Assembly (NCBI GenBank): GCA_965215365.1
Contig: CBDCDS010000003.1
Location: forward strand, 608,001 to 672,000
Source of the DNA: Gammaproteobacteria bacterium
GTDB lineage: Bacteria > Pseudomonadota > Gammaproteobacteria > Eutrophobiales > Eutrophobiaceae
DNA length: 64,000 nt
Reading direction: 5' to 3'
Position numbers and translations under genes: made by a program
In this document: in pieces, positions 1-10,721 of the stretch
Layout of the letters: each line of letters opens with the position of its first letter
Position numbering within the stretch: position 1 is the first letter of the stretch
Notes under the pieces: model-generated
What the model saw: only the letters and a program-made list of their open reading frames with translations
Database searches by the model: none
What the model was told of the DNA's origin: nothing

Positions 1-340
1 ACCCGCGCAAGGTGGCCGGACGCACCAGGGTGGCGGCGTCGTTGATGGCTTGCGTATCCACTTTGTAGGACGGAATCAGGTTGGACAGCACCTGGTCCAT
101 ATCGGTGGAACCCATGTTGGCCAACTCTTCACCGCCGAACACATCCACCGGCACCAGCGACTCGGTCTGCGAGCGCCCATCTTGGCGGCGGCTGCCGATG
201 ATGACGATTTCTTCGATGACCGTGGCCTCGGACTGTTGTGCTGAGACGCTGGTCATAGTCAGTGGCGGTATTGCCAAAACTGTGGCAAACAGGTATAGAA
301 GGGGTTTGGACTTTGGACTTTGGACTTTGGACTTTACCAT
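1..340 (-). CDS. TonB-dependent receptor, N-terminal part (runs off the window start)
   Basis: Manual translation from ATG at 340 (GGAG RBS upstream): MVKSKVQSPKSKPLLYLFATVLAIPPLTMTSVSAQQSEATVIEEIVIIGSRR...SLVPVDVFGGEEL...LIPS...ATLRG, i.e. signal peptide, TonB box and plug start. Confidence 0.85.
   Translation of the reverse strand, partial: MVKSKVQSPKSKPLLYLFATVLAIPPLTMTSVSAQQSEATVIEEIVIIGSRRQDGRSQTESLVPVDVFGGEELANMGSTDMDQVLSNLIPSYKVDTQAINDAATLVRPATLRG
305..335. repeat. Heptamer tandem repeat (TTTGGAC)x4 in codons 2-12 of the TonB receptor
   Basis: Directly visible: tttggac tttggac tttggac tttggac ttt. Confidence 0.95.
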
Positions 341-450
341 CAGATGCTCCTGAAGTTTGAACGGCGGAAATAACGTGTTGATTCTACCACAGACAGACTT
401 TAATTTCTCAACTGTTTCCCTCGGCATCCCCCGCCCTCCATACTGTGCTT

Positions 451-1266
451 ATGCCGGAACTGCCTGAGGTTGAAACGACGCGGCGCGGCATTGCGCCGCA
501 TGTTGTCAATAAAACCATACGAGCTGTGGCGATTCGGCAACAGCGGTTACGCTGGCCGCTGCCGGCGCAGCTCGAAACTATCCTGACCGGCCGGCGTATT
601 ACCCGGGTCGGGCGCCGGGCCAAGTACCTGCTCTGCTATCTGGAGCAGGGTTGTTTGTTGCTGCATCTGGGTATGTCCGGCAGCTTGCGCGTGCTGGACG
701 CGGCGGTCCCGCCCGACCAACACGACCATGTTGACATCGTATTTCATGACCACACCTGCCTGCGCCTGCGCGATCCCCGGCGTTTCGGCTCTATCCACTG
801 GACCGACCAGGACCCGCAGCGGCATCCGCTGTTGCGCCACCTGGGGCCGGAGCCGCTGGCGTCGGACTTTAGCGGCGCGCACCTGTACGGCTTGTCCCGC
901 AACCGCACGCAGGCGGTGAAGACTTTCATCATGGACGGCCGCATCGTCGTCGGCGTGGGCAACATTTACGCCAGTGAGGCGCTGTTCCGAGCCGGCATCC
1001 ATCCCCTGCGCAAGGCCGGGAACATCTCGCGCAAGCGTTATCTGGCGCTGGCCGGGGCTATCAAAGAGGTGCTGCAAGCGGCGCTGGCGAGCGGCGGCAC
1101 CACCTTGCGGAACTTTGTCGGCAGCGACGGCGCACCGGGCTATTTCAAGCTGGACCTGAACGTCTATGACCGCGCCGGCGCACCCTGCCGGGTGTGTGCC
1201 GGCAGCATCAGACAGATACGCCAGGGCCAGCGTTCAACCTATTACTGCCCGCGTTGCCAGCGTTGA
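451..1266 (+). CDS. mutM: Formamidopyrimidine-DNA glycosylase
   Basis: N-terminal MPELPEVET, HLGMSG, GNIYASE H2TH motif, C-terminal zinc finger (CRVC...CPRCQ). Confidence 0.97.
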   Translation: MPELPEVETTRRGIAPHVVNKTIRAVAIRQQRLRWPLPAQLETILTGRRITRVGRRAKYLLCYLEQGCLLLHLGMSGSLRVLDAAVPPDQHDHVDIVFHDHTCLRLRDPRRFGSIHWTDQDPQRHPLLRHLGPEPLASDFSGAHLYGLSRNRTQAVKTFIMDGRIVVGVGNIYASEALFRAGIHPLRKAGNISRKRYLALAGAIKEVLQAALASGGTTLRNFVGSDGAPGYFKLDLNVYDRAGAPCRVCAGSIRQIRQGQRSTYYCPRCQR

Positions 1267-1271
1267 ACAGG

Positions 1272-1477
1272 GGGTTTGCCCCTTCGGGGCCAGCTACGCT
1301 GTCCAAATTCGTTCCAGACGAATTTGTGCACGGCGGCAGGCGCCCGCAGGCGCAAAAAAGACCAGCGAGGGCGCATCAAGCGCAGTGTGTTATGTGGAAA
1401 GAACAGCAGTATTATCACAACTTATTGAAAGCCATCATGTTTCACAAGGCAACAAGCGAGTTGGTGAGATATGCGGG
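1272..1477 (-). repeat. MITE-like repeat family A, composite copy
   Basis: Ends GGTGAGATATGCGGG-TTAG; shares modules with the copies at 20310, 50525 and 56072-56790. Confidence 0.85.
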
Positions 1478-1571
1478 TTAGAGGTGACCAGAAGTATGAT
1501 CCTGCTCTGCAGCCGACCCTTGATGCTTGATGCTTGATGATATATCATTGTGCAGTCAGTGGGGAAACACG

Positions 1572-1814
1572 ATGCGCACTACGTTGAATATTGACACAGA
1601 ATTGCTGGTTGCGGCAAAAGAACTGGCCGAACGAGATCGCAAAACAGCCGGACAAGTCGTATCGGAATTACTGCGTCAGGCTTTGCGCGCGCGCGCGGCA
1701 CCGAAGCAAAAGTCATCGGGCAGGGATATTCATGGTTTCCTGCCTGTTGCATCCCGTGGTGGCGTGGTGACCAACCAGCATGTCAACCAGCTTCGGGATG
1801 AGTCAGGCGACTGA
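1572..1814 (+). CDS. VapB-type antitoxin (RHH-like)
   Basis: MRTTLNIDTELLVAAKELA... directly upstream of a PIN-domain gene. Confidence 0.85.
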   Translation: MRTTLNIDTELLVAAKELAERDRKTAGQVVSELLRQALRARAAPKQKSSGRDIHGFLPVASRGGVVTNQHVNQLRDESGD

Positions 1815-1818
1815 GCAA

Positions 1819-2004
1819 ATGAGAGCATTACTGGACGTCAATGTGCTCATTGCCCTGTTTGATGAAGACCATACACACCACATCGCAGCTTCAGAGTGGC
1901 TGGAAGACAATATAGGCCATGGCTGGGCCTCCTGCCCGCTCACCCAGAACGGTTGTATCAGAATGGGGTGCTGGCGCTATAGACTTTGCAGCTGCTCCCG
2001 CTAA
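1819..2004 (+). pseudogene. VapC/PIN toxin, truncated after about 48 codons
   Basis: MRALLDVNVLIALFDEDHTHH...WASCPLTQNGCIR is a PIN N-terminus, then homology is lost near 1963. Confidence 0.85.
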
Positions 2005-3619
2005 CTCTGGTAAGTGGAGGCATCATCAGGTCGGGCTCATTTTTTTAAGGTCTCCCGGTCATCAGGGGATGCGCGGTCCTCCGGCTGTTCCCGGCAGGTG
2101 TTGATGTGGCTTGATTTCCCCTGAAGTCCCCCACCTCGAACCACTCGGTCACGGCGTGGGCTCAGGATGTATCATAGGCCACTAACAGCGTCGGAGCAGG
2201 CCCGTAGGCCAGCGCCCGATACAGCGTCTCCCAGTCCGGCAACAACCACGTGAAGAAGAAGCTTCTGAGCTTCTCCCAGAAGTAGCGCTTGCGGCCCTGT
2301 TGGGCCAGCGCCGCCTGGAACAGCCCGCAGCACTGCTGCTGCACCTGGTCTATCAGGAACGCCAGCATCATCAGGTAGGCGAACACGGTAGACAGGTGTT
2401 GATAACCATGGCCGAAGTTATGCTCGAAGTGGTAGCCTTGGTTCTTCAGGGTATTGAATGTCTCGTTCTCAATTTTCCAGCGCGCCCGCGCCCCGCGCAT
2501 AATCCGCAGCAGGTTGTCTTGATGCAGGGGAATGTCTGTCACCCAGGTAAAGCGCTGTGTCTTGCCTGAGGGGCGTTGTTCTTCATAATCCAAGACATTC
2601 ACCGTCAGGTCAAAGTGTGTCTCGTTCAAGGGGGCGCCATGGAGATAACGGAATCGGTGTACGACACCGTCTTTGTCCGTGAACTCAGCCGTGTTCACCC
2701 CCGGCGTGGTGGCGAGCCAGTTAAACAGAAAGGTATGGTCACCGGGCTTGACCCCCAGAATATAACGCATCTTCAACGACTGTAACAACCGGATATGCGG
2801 CCCGTTCGCCGCCAGCGCATCCTCCACCACTATCAGTTTCAGGTGCGGGTGCTCCCGGCGCACATCGGCCAGCAACCGCTTGGCCGCATTGCGCTCGCAA
2901 TCGTTCTTCTGAGCCCCGTCCGCACGGGTGATCGGCTCGGGCGCCAACGGCAAGACCACCCGTTGCTCAGGATGTACCAGCACCGCCCCCAGCAGTTGAT
3001 GGTAATAACTCACCCGACCGTCCCGGTGCTGTGTCTGACAACACTGCTCGCAATGCACCCGGTCTGAATAAAAATACCCCGTGCCATCCACCGACAACAG
3101 GTAATGCCCCGCCCACCAGTGAAACGAATCTAACCCCTTGCCCCGCTGCAACAGATGCAACACCCGCCGAAACGCACCCCGCAATGCCGCCGGGTCCACC
3201 GCATCGAGCCGCTCTCGTAACGCCGTGTCCGACGGCGCTTTGTCAATCCCATACAACGTCCGCAGGTTCGAGGCCACCACCGCATCTGCGCGGCCTTCGT
3301 CAAACTGCAGCAGCGAGGGGTACTTCAACCCGAACACCGCCAGCCCCGACATCAGGTAATCGACCAACGCAAACCCACGCCCCACCGTATCATCCTTGAT
3401 AGCTTCAAAACAACGGCGGACTTCACTTAACAAACCCGGGGCACTCAGCGACTTACGTAAAGCAGGACGGGACATGGCTCACCTCACCTTTGACGTGAAT
3501 AATGCCCGGTAGTATACTGAATCCACCCTAAAAGTTTGCGAAAACCTTTTTTCAGATCGCTCAAAAACCCTGTATTTGTAAGGATTTTATGACTGCTCAG
3601 GCATTAGCGGGAATTGCTG
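1989..3619 (-). mobile_element. Insertion sequence, ISNCY/ISDol1-like, with 9-bp target duplication
   Basis: Imperfect TIRs CAGCTGCTCCCGCTAA / TTAGCGGGAATTGCTG; TAGACTTTG duplicated at 1980-1988 and 3620-3628; family assigned from the recalled LKYPSLLQFD motif. Confidence 0.85.
2162..3475 (-). CDS. DDE transposase
   Basis: SVDGTG, VVEDAL and RARWKIENETFNTLK motifs. Confidence 0.93.
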   Translation of the reverse strand: MSRPALRKSLSAPGLLSEVRRCFEAIKDDTVGRGFALVDYLMSGLAVFGLKYPSLLQFDEGRADAVVASNLRTLYGIDKAPSDTALRERLDAVDPAALRGAFRRVLHLLQRGKGLDSFHWWAGHYLLSVDGTGYFYSDRVHCEQCCQTQHRDGRVSYYHQLLGAVLVHPEQRVVLPLAPEPITRADGAQKNDCERNAAKRLLADVRREHPHLKLIVVEDALAANGPHIRLLQSLKMRYILGVKPGDHTFLFNWLATTPGVNTAEFTDKDGVVHRFRYLHGAPLNETHFDLTVNVLDYEEQRPSGKTQRFTWVTDIPLHQDNLLRIMRGARARWKIENETFNTLKNQGYHFEHNFGHGYQHLSTVFAYLMMLAFLIDQVQQQCCGLFQAALAQQGRKRYFWEKLRSFFFTWLLPDWETLYRALAYGPAPTLLVAYDTS

Positions 3620-4961
3620 TAGACTTTGTCTTCCGCCCGCTCCCATAAACTCTCCCTCTACCAGCTTTTCAAATCCTTCGCAGGACAAAGACTTTCCAGA
3701 TGCAACGACCAGGAGCAGCGACGCCCGGATGTTAAACCGGTCTGATTTTGAGACTGGATTGCCTCCATTTTCTACTTGCCTGATTTTCCTGGACAGTGCT
3801 TCTTCCATATCGTCTGCGGATATACCCGAAACGGCCTGCTCCTGTTTTTTACAAACCAGGATCATATCAAGGGAGATTGGCTCCTTGGTATTCGTTTTGG
3901 GGCTTGCCACCCTCATCTCTGCGTGAACGGGATAAGAAGTTACTACAGAGAAACTGGCCTCACGTAACGCCTTGTAGATTGCCGACCAACCTTCCGGGCG
4001 CGAATTACGCATTCGGCGACAGGTAAACTTTTTCGCCTTCTTTGGTTAACGCCATGATTGCATACAGCCGGTGCTGCAGAGGCCGGCCCTGTTCAGGTAA
4101 CAGCTCCTTGATTCTGAACTTGTTGCCCTTGCTGTCCGCCACATATTGGGCATTTGCCGGACCGTTCTGCGGATTGAACTCGTGGTTGCATTGATGGCAC
4201 TTGAGAGAGGTTGCATCATACCTGCCTGGATTCACGGACCAGCAAGCAGGACAAATTATCCGGGCTGATGGCTTCCTCTTCGGACAAGCATTCTTGCTGA
4301 ATATATATGAATTAAACAGCGGCACGGTTTCCCCGCTGGGCGTGTCAACCAGCTTTACCCAAAAATAATACAGTACGGGAATGGGTTTATTGGTTTCCCG
4401 GTCGAGGGTTGTGTAGTATTGTTGAACTTCTGGCTGTACTTCCTGTTCGAGCTTATGAAACGCACGTTCCAACTCATCAATATCCACATTGGTCAACGCC
4501 TGCCTGACCGCGAACGTACTGACGGGGTTAATGTCACAGCCAACCGGTTTAACGCCCAGTTTCGCCGCCTCGCCCAGAGTGGTGCCACTTCCCATAAACG
4601 GGTCCAAGACACAGACATCCTGCAAGGCATGTTTTTTATAAAATTCCTTCCATATATCAAAATCGCTCCCTGAAACGGCGCCTAATACGATTCCCCGGAA
4701 GACGGAACCCAAACGGTTAGCCCACCACTTATGAATATGGTAAGGCGGCCTGAAAATTTCTTTTCGGTAGCTTTCACGCTCTGCCAGTTGGCTTATTTCT
4801 TCAACCGGGAAAGCAACCTCAATGGCCTTGGCGCGCTCCCCTTTGGTAAACGGCATTTTCATAGTCTGTCCCGGCTTGCGATCGGGATCAAATTGTGAAA
4901 TGGGGCGGCCCGGAGATGCCTTGTTTTCTTCAATCGCCAGAGCCAGGTTTTGCATCGTCAT
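3620..4961 (-). pseudogene. DUF1156-type adenine DNA methyltransferase, internally deleted
   Basis: N-part (4005-4961) has HKWWA and DPFMGSGTT (motif I) plus a Cys cluster; out-of-frame C-part (to 4012) EGWSAIYKAL...YPVHAE; no DPPY catalytic motif in either piece. Confidence 0.75.
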
Positions 4962-5031
4962 GGTTTTTCTTGCGTGTCCGTCCCGGCCATCGACACAGGT
5001 TTTCCCCCTTGATTCTTGAGATGGTGGGCCA

Positions 5032-6804
5032 CTATTCCACCACCACCGCCAGGCCCTCACCTCTGGGGTCGCTGGCGCTATAGACCCGGTTTTCCTTTTG
5101 GTCCCATAAAATCGCCTGCATGTTGCCGTAGCGGCGGGCGATCTCCTTTAGCTCGTGGCCCAGTTCGGTGAGGCGTTGTTGTTCAAATTCGGTCAGGCCG
5201 TGCAGTTCGAACTGTAGCTGGTCCGGCTGGTACTGGTGGTGGAAACGGCGTAGGCTGACCCAGGAGTCCGGTAACCGGCCCGCCTCAAAATCCAGCGCGG
5301 CGAGTAGCACCATGCTGATGATGCGGCTGCCGCCGGGGGTGCCGACGATGCCGACCCGGTCGGGTGCTTCCAGGAAAGTGGGGGTCATGCTCGACAGCGG
5401 GCGCTTGCCGGGCGCGATGGCGTTGGCTTCATCGCCAATCAGGCCGTAGGCGTTGGGGGTCAGGCGCTTGCTGGAGAAGTCATCCATTTCGTTATTGAAC
5501 AGCACCCCGGTGCCGGCTGCCACGAAGCAGGCACCGAACAGGGTATTGATGCTGAGGGTGCCGGCCACGCGGTTGCCCTCCCGGTCGAGGATGGAAAAGT
5601 GCGTAGTCTGGGTGCCGGTCTGTGTCAGCGCGGGGCCCTCGCCGAGAATCTCGCTGGGGGTGGCGCGCTGCGCGTCGATGGTCAACGCCAGCCCTTCCAG
5701 GTAAGACGGGTGCAGCAGGCGTTGCCGCGGCGCGTCCACGAAGTCCGGGTCGCCCAGGAACAAGGCGCGGTCGCGGAACGCCCGGCGCATGGCCTCAACG
5801 AGGTAATGTTTGCGCTGCACGTTGCTCATCTCGTCTAGGTTGAACTGCTCCAGCATGCGCAGGGTCTGGGCTATGACGATGCCGCCTGAGGACGGCAACG
5901 GCGCCGACACCACGCGCATGTCCCGGTACTGGAAGATGATCGGCGCGCGTTCCACGACCTGGTAGGATTCCAGGTCCTGCAAACGCCAGACACCGCCGTG
6001 CCGGCGCGCGCCCTGCACCAGCTGTTGCGCTACCGGGCCGCGGTAGAACCCGTCCCGACCGTGCTCGGCGATGGCTTCGATGGTGCGCGCCAGCTCCTGC
6101 TGGCGGATCCGATAGCCGATGCGCGGCGGCTCACCGTCTTGCAGGAAAATTCCGGCGGCGTGCGGATACCGGTTCAAGGTATCCGTCATGTACGCCGCCA
6201 GACGGTGGTAGCGGGATGTCACCTTGAAACCTTCCTCGGCGTAACGTATGGCCGGCGCCAAGGATTGGCGCAACGGCAGGCGGCCGTAGTGTTCAGCGAG
6301 ATGCGCCAGACCGGCCACCAAACCGGGAATGCCGGCGGCCAGCGGGCCCTGCATGGAGGCATCCTTGATCACGTTGTCCTGCCTGTCGCGATACATGCGC
6401 TCGTGTGCCAGCGACGGCGCGGTTTCGCGCCCGTCCAGCATCACCTGCTTACCGTCACTGGCGCGGTGCAACAGCCAGAAGCCGCCGCCGCCGAAGCCGG
6501 AACTGAACGGCTCGACCACGCCCAGCGCGGCGCTGACGGCAATGGCCGCGTCGAAGGCGTTGCCGCCCTGCTGCAGCACTTCCACCCCGGCCTGTGTCGC
6601 CAGCGGATGGGCACTGGCGACGGCATGGGCCGGGGCCGGTTCGGCAGCGGCCGGGGCGAACCCGAACAGCAGCAGGGTGAGCAGGCAGGTTGTGCTGAGG
6701 TGTCGCGGCCGGACGAGGTGTTGGGGCGGCAGCAAGCAGTGGCGGCCCGGAGGGGGTCTCCCGGGCCTGTCCATGACGGTTTTTCTGTTCATCATGGTAG
6801 CCAA
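5032..6804 (-). CDS. ggt: Gamma-glutamyltransferase
   Basis: GGNAFDAA, TTHFS autoproteolysis site, NNEMDDF, PLSSMTP, GTPGGSRI. Confidence 0.96.
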   Translation of the reverse strand: MATMMNRKTVMDRPGRPPPGRHCLLPPQHLVRPRHLSTTCLLTLLLFGFAPAAAEPAPAHAVASAHPLATQAGVEVLQQGGNAFDAAIAVSAALGVVEPFSSGFGGGGFWLLHRASDGKQVMLDGRETAPSLAHERMYRDRQDNVIKDASMQGPLAAGIPGLVAGLAHLAEHYGRLPLRQSLAPAIRYAEEGFKVTSRYHRLAAYMTDTLNRYPHAAGIFLQDGEPPRIGYRIRQQELARTIEAIAEHGRDGFYRGPVAQQLVQGARRHGGVWRLQDLESYQVVERAPIIFQYRDMRVVSAPLPSSGGIVIAQTLRMLEQFNLDEMSNVQRKHYLVEAMRRAFRDRALFLGDPDFVDAPRQRLLHPSYLEGLALTIDAQRATPSEILGEGPALTQTGTQTTHFSILDREGNRVAGTLSINTLFGACFVAAGTGVLFNNEMDDFSSKRLTPNAYGLIGDEANAIAPGKRPLSSMTPTFLEAPDRVGIVGTPGGSRIISMVLLAALDFEAGRLPDSWVSLRRFHHQYQPDQLQFELHGLTEFEQQRLTELGHELKEIARRYGNMQAILWDQKENRVYSASDPRGEGLAVVVE

Positions 6805-6811
6805 CTGGCCC

Positions 6812-7294
6812 TCAGCCGGAAAACTTGTCCTGCAAGGCCGCGTTGACAGCGGCGGGCACGAAGCGGGTGACCTCGCCGCCCAGCGCTGCGATCTCGCGCA
6901 CCAGGCTGGAGGAAATGTAACTCAGGTGCTCAGATGGGGTCAGGAACAGGGTTTCAGCCTGATTGTAGAGCTGCCGGTTCATGCTCGCCATCTGGAATTC
7001 GTACTCGAAGTCGGACACGGCGCGCAAGCCGCGCACGATAATCCTTGCCTGCCGCTGTTTGGCATAAGCGGTCATCAGCCCGGAGAAGCTGACCACTTCC
7101 ACATTGCTGACGTGGGCTAGGGACGCGCGCGCCAGGGCCACACGTTCTGTAGTCGAAAAAGTGGTGGTTTTGCCGGTGCTGCGGGCGACGCCGACGATCA
7201 CCAGGTCAAATATGCTGGCGGCGCGCTCGACGATGTCCGTATGACCGTTGGTAATCGGATCAAAGGTGCCCGGATAGAGCGCCGTCAAATTCAT
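6812..7294 (-). CDS. coaD: Phosphopantetheine adenylyltransferase
   Basis: [24 protein letters not shown]. Confidence 0.97.
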   Translation of the reverse strand: MNLTALYPGTFDPITNGHTDIVERAASIFDLVIVGVARSTGKTTTFSTTERVALARASLAHVSNVEVVSFSGLMTAYAKQRQARIIVRGLRAVSDFEYEFQMASMNRQLYNQAETLFLTPSEHLSYISSSLVREIAALGGEVTRFVPAAVNAALQDKFSG

Positions 7295-7856
7295 TCATTG
7301 CTCCTGTGTAGCGATACAGGCTGTATTCCAGCTGGCCGGCGCGCGCCTGTTTCAGTACTTGCAAACCGGCACCGGGGGGCGCCGCGCCGCGCTCGGTTTC
7401 GGTGTAGATCTGCGCGGCCGGCGTCAAGTGTCCCCTGTTTGACAGCAGGGCACAAGTTTTTTTCACGTAATCCTGGCGGAACGGCGGGTCCAAGAACACG
7501 ATATCGAACGGTTCATGCGCTTGTTGCAGCCAGCTCAGGGCTTCGGCGCAGATAATCTCCGCCTGTTGTGCATCCAGCGCCGCGCGCGCGGCGTGCAGTT
7601 GTCGCACCAGTTGGTTATTCCGTTCCACCAACGTAGCGCTGCGGGCGCCGCGCGACAGGGCTTCAAAACCCAGGGCGCCGGCGCCGGCGAACAAGTCCAG
7701 GCAACGCGCGCCGCCGACTGTGTCCGCCAGCCAGTTAAACAGGGTTTCCCGCACCCGATCCGGGGTCGGGCGCAGGCCGGGGTAATCTGCCACGGCGAGG
7801 CGGCGCCCACGCCAGGTTCCGCCGATGATCCTGACCTTTCCCACCACCGCCGGCAA
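7260..7856 (-). CDS. rsmD: 16S rRNA m2G966 methyltransferase
   Basis: [40 protein letters not shown]. Confidence 0.96.
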   Translation of the reverse strand: MPAVVGKVRIIGGTWRGRRLAVADYPGLRPTPDRVRETLFNWLADTVGGARCLDLFAGAGALGFEALSRGARSATLVERNNQLVRQLHAARAALDAQQAEIICAEALSWLQQAHEPFDIVFLDPPFRQDYVKKTCALLSNRGHLTPAAQIYTETERGAAPPGAGLQVLKQARAGQLEYSLYRYTGAMNEFDGALSGHL

Positions 7857-7859
7857 CGG

Positions 7860-9284
7860 TCAATCTGTGGCTGACACCGGCCCGACCATGACGGTCACAA
7901 AGCGCTCGGGGTGCAGATGCCGCTGGAACGCATCCCGGATTTGTGCGACGCTTACTGCGTTCACCTCGTCTGTAAAGGTGTCCAGGTAATCCGCCGGCAG
8001 GTCGTAGAACGCGATCATGGCAACGAGGCCGAGGATCTTGCCATTGCTGTCTAGGCGCAGGGGGAAACCGCCGGTGATATTCTGTTTCGCCGCCACCAGC
8101 TCGGCTTCGGTGGGGCCTTGTTCAATGAATGTTTGCAGCATTGCGCGCAACACCTGCCAGGCCTGTTGCTGTTGTCCGCCCTGGGTTTGCAGGCTGGCCG
8201 TGAATGGCCCCAGCTGCCGTCGCGGCGAGAAGTAGCTGTAGGCACCATAGGACAGGCCGCGCCGTTCCCGGATCTCTTGGAACAGCCGCGCCACAAAGCC
8301 GCCACCGCCGAGGATATGGTTGCCCACGTACAGCGGAAAATAATCTGCATCACCGCGCTTGATGCCGAGTTGCCCGACCAGTATATGCACCTGCGATGAC
8401 GGGTGTTCGATGCGGATCTCCTCGCTGCGCGGCAATGGTGCTACCGCGGGTAGCGGCGGCGGCGGCTGGCCGCGTGGCAGCGCCGCGCTCAGGTCCTCGG
8501 CCAGCGCCGCCGCGCGGCTCCGGTCCAGGTCGCCGACAATCACCAGGCGCACATTGCCGGCATGGTAGTATTGCCGGTGGAAGTCCACCACCTCGGCACG
8601 GCTGAGCATGGCGATGCTGGCTTCAGTACCGTCACCGGGTCGGGCATAAGGGTGCGTCCGGTACAGGGCGGCGCGGTAGGCGTCGCGCGCGATTTCCGCC
8701 GGGGATTGCTGTTTGCGCTGCAACCCGACCTGCATGCGTTGTTTGTGGCGCGCCACCGCCGGTTCGGGAAAGGTCGGCGCGGTGAGCACCCGGCGCAGGT
8801 TGTGCAGGGCCGCTTCCAGTACGGCCGGGGCGGCGCGGCTGCGCAGGCTGACGGAAGCAAAATCGTACCCTGAATCGGCGCCATAGCGCGCCCCGAGTCG
8901 CTCGAATTCATAACTGACTGCGGTGGCATCCAACTCGCCGGCGCCCTGGTCCAGCAAGCCGTTCACCAGTTGTGCCAGACCGTATTTGCCGTCGGGTTCC
9001 CGCACTGCGCCGGCATCGAACAGCAGGCGCACATCCACCATGGGTAATTCCCGGGCTTCGACAAACCAGACCGGGCTACCGGCTTGGGTCTGCCATTGCA
9101 CGATAGCGGGAGCGGCCCAGGTTATCTGCAACATGGACAGTAACAGGGCCGGAATCGCTAACAGCCGCCCGTTGAGGATATTTTTTTTCACCGGATTCCT
9201 GCTTGCGCGGGACAAGGTTGCCCGTAGGTTTGCGTACAGGCAGGGACGCAATGAAGGACGCACCGGGTTGCTTGCCTGCTTCAA
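7860..9284 (-). CDS. M16 family peptidase, non-catalytic subunit (start uncertain)
   Basis: M16B-like sequence, RLFQEIRERRGLSYG; no HxxEH; paired with the adjacent M16 gene. Confidence 0.88.
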   Translation of the reverse strand: MKQASNPVRPSLRPCLYANLRATLSRASRNPVKKNILNGRLLAIPALLLSMLQITWAAPAIVQWQTQAGSPVWFVEARELPMVDVRLLFDAGAVREPDGKYGLAQLVNGLLDQGAGELDATAVSYEFERLGARYGADSGYDFASVSLRSRAAPAVLEAALHNLRRVLTAPTFPEPAVARHKQRMQVGLQRKQQSPAEIARDAYRAALYRTHPYARPGDGTEASIAMLSRAEVVDFHRQYYHAGNVRLVIVGDLDRSRAAALAEDLSAALPRGQPPPPLPAVAPLPRSEEIRIEHPSSQVHILVGQLGIKRGDADYFPLYVGNHILGGGGFVARLFQEIRERRGLSYGAYSYFSPRRQLGPFTASLQTQGGQQQQAWQVLRAMLQTFIEQGPTEAELVAAKQNITGGFPLRLDSNGKILGLVAMIAFYDLPADYLDTFTDEVNAVSVAQIRDAFQRHLHPERFVTVMVGPVSATD

Positions 9285-9302
9285 GGTGTGACTCGCGAGT
9301 GG

Positions 9303-10721
9303 CTATCCATCGGTGACAACAGCCGCCTGCTGTTGCGGCTCTGAGCTGCGGCGTATTGGCTCCAGCGCCGCCACCGTCAGGCCATCATCATGGAAATACT
9401 TGTTGGCGACTTCCTGTACCTGCTCGGCCCGGATCGCCTGGATTTGCGGCACATAGTCTTCGGTGAGGCGCCAGGACAGCCCCACGGTTTCATACAGGCC
9501 CAGTTTCATCGCCTGGTAGAACAGAGAATCGCGTTCGTACACATCGCCAGAGACTACCTGTGCCTTGACCCGCTCGAGTTCCGCGGCGCTGATCTCTCCT
9601 TGTTGCAGTTGCTGTAACTGTTCCCGCATGGCCTGTTCCAACTCGGCCATGGTTTTGCCCCGGGCCGGCACCGCCTGTAAGGTAAACAAACCATCAAGGC
9701 GGCCGCTCAGGTTGTAGGACGCGCTAACGCTGGCAGCCACTTCTTGGCCGCGTACCAGATTGGTTTCCAGTCTGGCGCTGTAGCCGCCGTCCAGCACCCC
9801 GGCCAGCACCTCCAGGGCATACGGCTCCCAGGCCGCCGACGCCGCAAGCGCAGTGCGTAGCGCCGGCGTTTTATACGCCATGAGCAGGTGTGGCAGCTCG
9901 GCCGGACGTTTCACCGTCACCCGCTTTAAGCCTTGTTGCGCCACCTCCGGGGGCGTGCGTACAGCTACCGGCGGGTCGGCCTTGATGGGCCCGAAATGCC
10001 GTTGCGCCAGCCGCCGGACTGCGTCATGATCGACATCCCCGGCCACCACTACCACGGCATTGCCGGGCCGGTACCAACGCCGGTACCAGGCGCGCAGGTC
10101 GGCAACGGTCATGGTCTCCAGGTCCGCCATCCAGCCGATGATCGGGTGTCGGTAAGGAGAAGTCTGAAATGCCACGGCCAGCGCGCTTTCATACAGGTAG
10201 GCGACCGGGTTGTCATCCGTGCGCAGGCGCCGTTCTTCTTTCACCACCTCGATTTCCTTGTCGAATTCCTGTGGCGCCAGCAGCAGGTTGCGCATGCGAT
10301 CCGCCTCCAGCTCGAAGCTGATTTCCAGCCGGGACTTTTCCAGCGTCTGGAAATACGCGGTGTAATCCCTGCCGGTGAACGCGTTTTCACTGCCGCCGTT
10401 GGCCGCAATGATGCGGGAGAACTCGCCGCCGGGATATTTTTCCGTACCCTGGAACATCATGTGCTCCAGCGCGTGGGAAACCCCGGTGATGCCGTTATGC
10501 TCGTAACTCGACCCGATGCGGTACCAGACCTGCGACACCACCACCGGCGCCCGCCGATCTTCCTTAACCAACAACTTCAGACCGTTATCGAGTTGATACT
10601 CATGCACCTCGGCGTGCAGCAACGGCGGCACCAACAGCACCAGCAGCAGGACGCTACGGCACCAAAACATTTCAATGCGTTTCATTATTAGCACTATAAC
10701 ACGTCGGTGCCAAACGCTCAC
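9303..10721 (-). CDS. M16 family zinc peptidase
   Basis: HALEH inverted zinc motif, ENAFT. Confidence 0.93.
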   Translation of the reverse strand: MSVWHRRVIVLIMKRIEMFWCRSVLLLVLLVPPLLHAEVHEYQLDNGLKLLVKEDRRAPVVVSQVWYRIGSSYEHNGITGVSHALEHMMFQGTEKYPGGEFSRIIAANGGSENAFTGRDYTAYFQTLEKSRLEISFELEADRMRNLLLAPQEFDKEIEVVKEERRLRTDDNPVAYLYESALAVAFQTSPYRHPIIGWMADLETMTVADLRAWYRRWYRPGNAVVVVAGDVDHDAVRRLAQRHFGPIKADPPVAVRTPPEVAQQGLKRVTVKRPAELPHLLMAYKTPALRTALAASAAWEPYALEVLAGVLDGGYSARLETNLVRGQEVAASVSASYNLSGRLDGLFTLQAVPARGKTMAELEQAMREQLQQLQQGEISAAELERVKAQVVSGDVYERDSLFYQAMKLGLYETVGLSWRLTEDYVPQIQAIRAEQVQEVANKYFHDDGLTVAALEPIRRSSEPQQQAAVVTDG

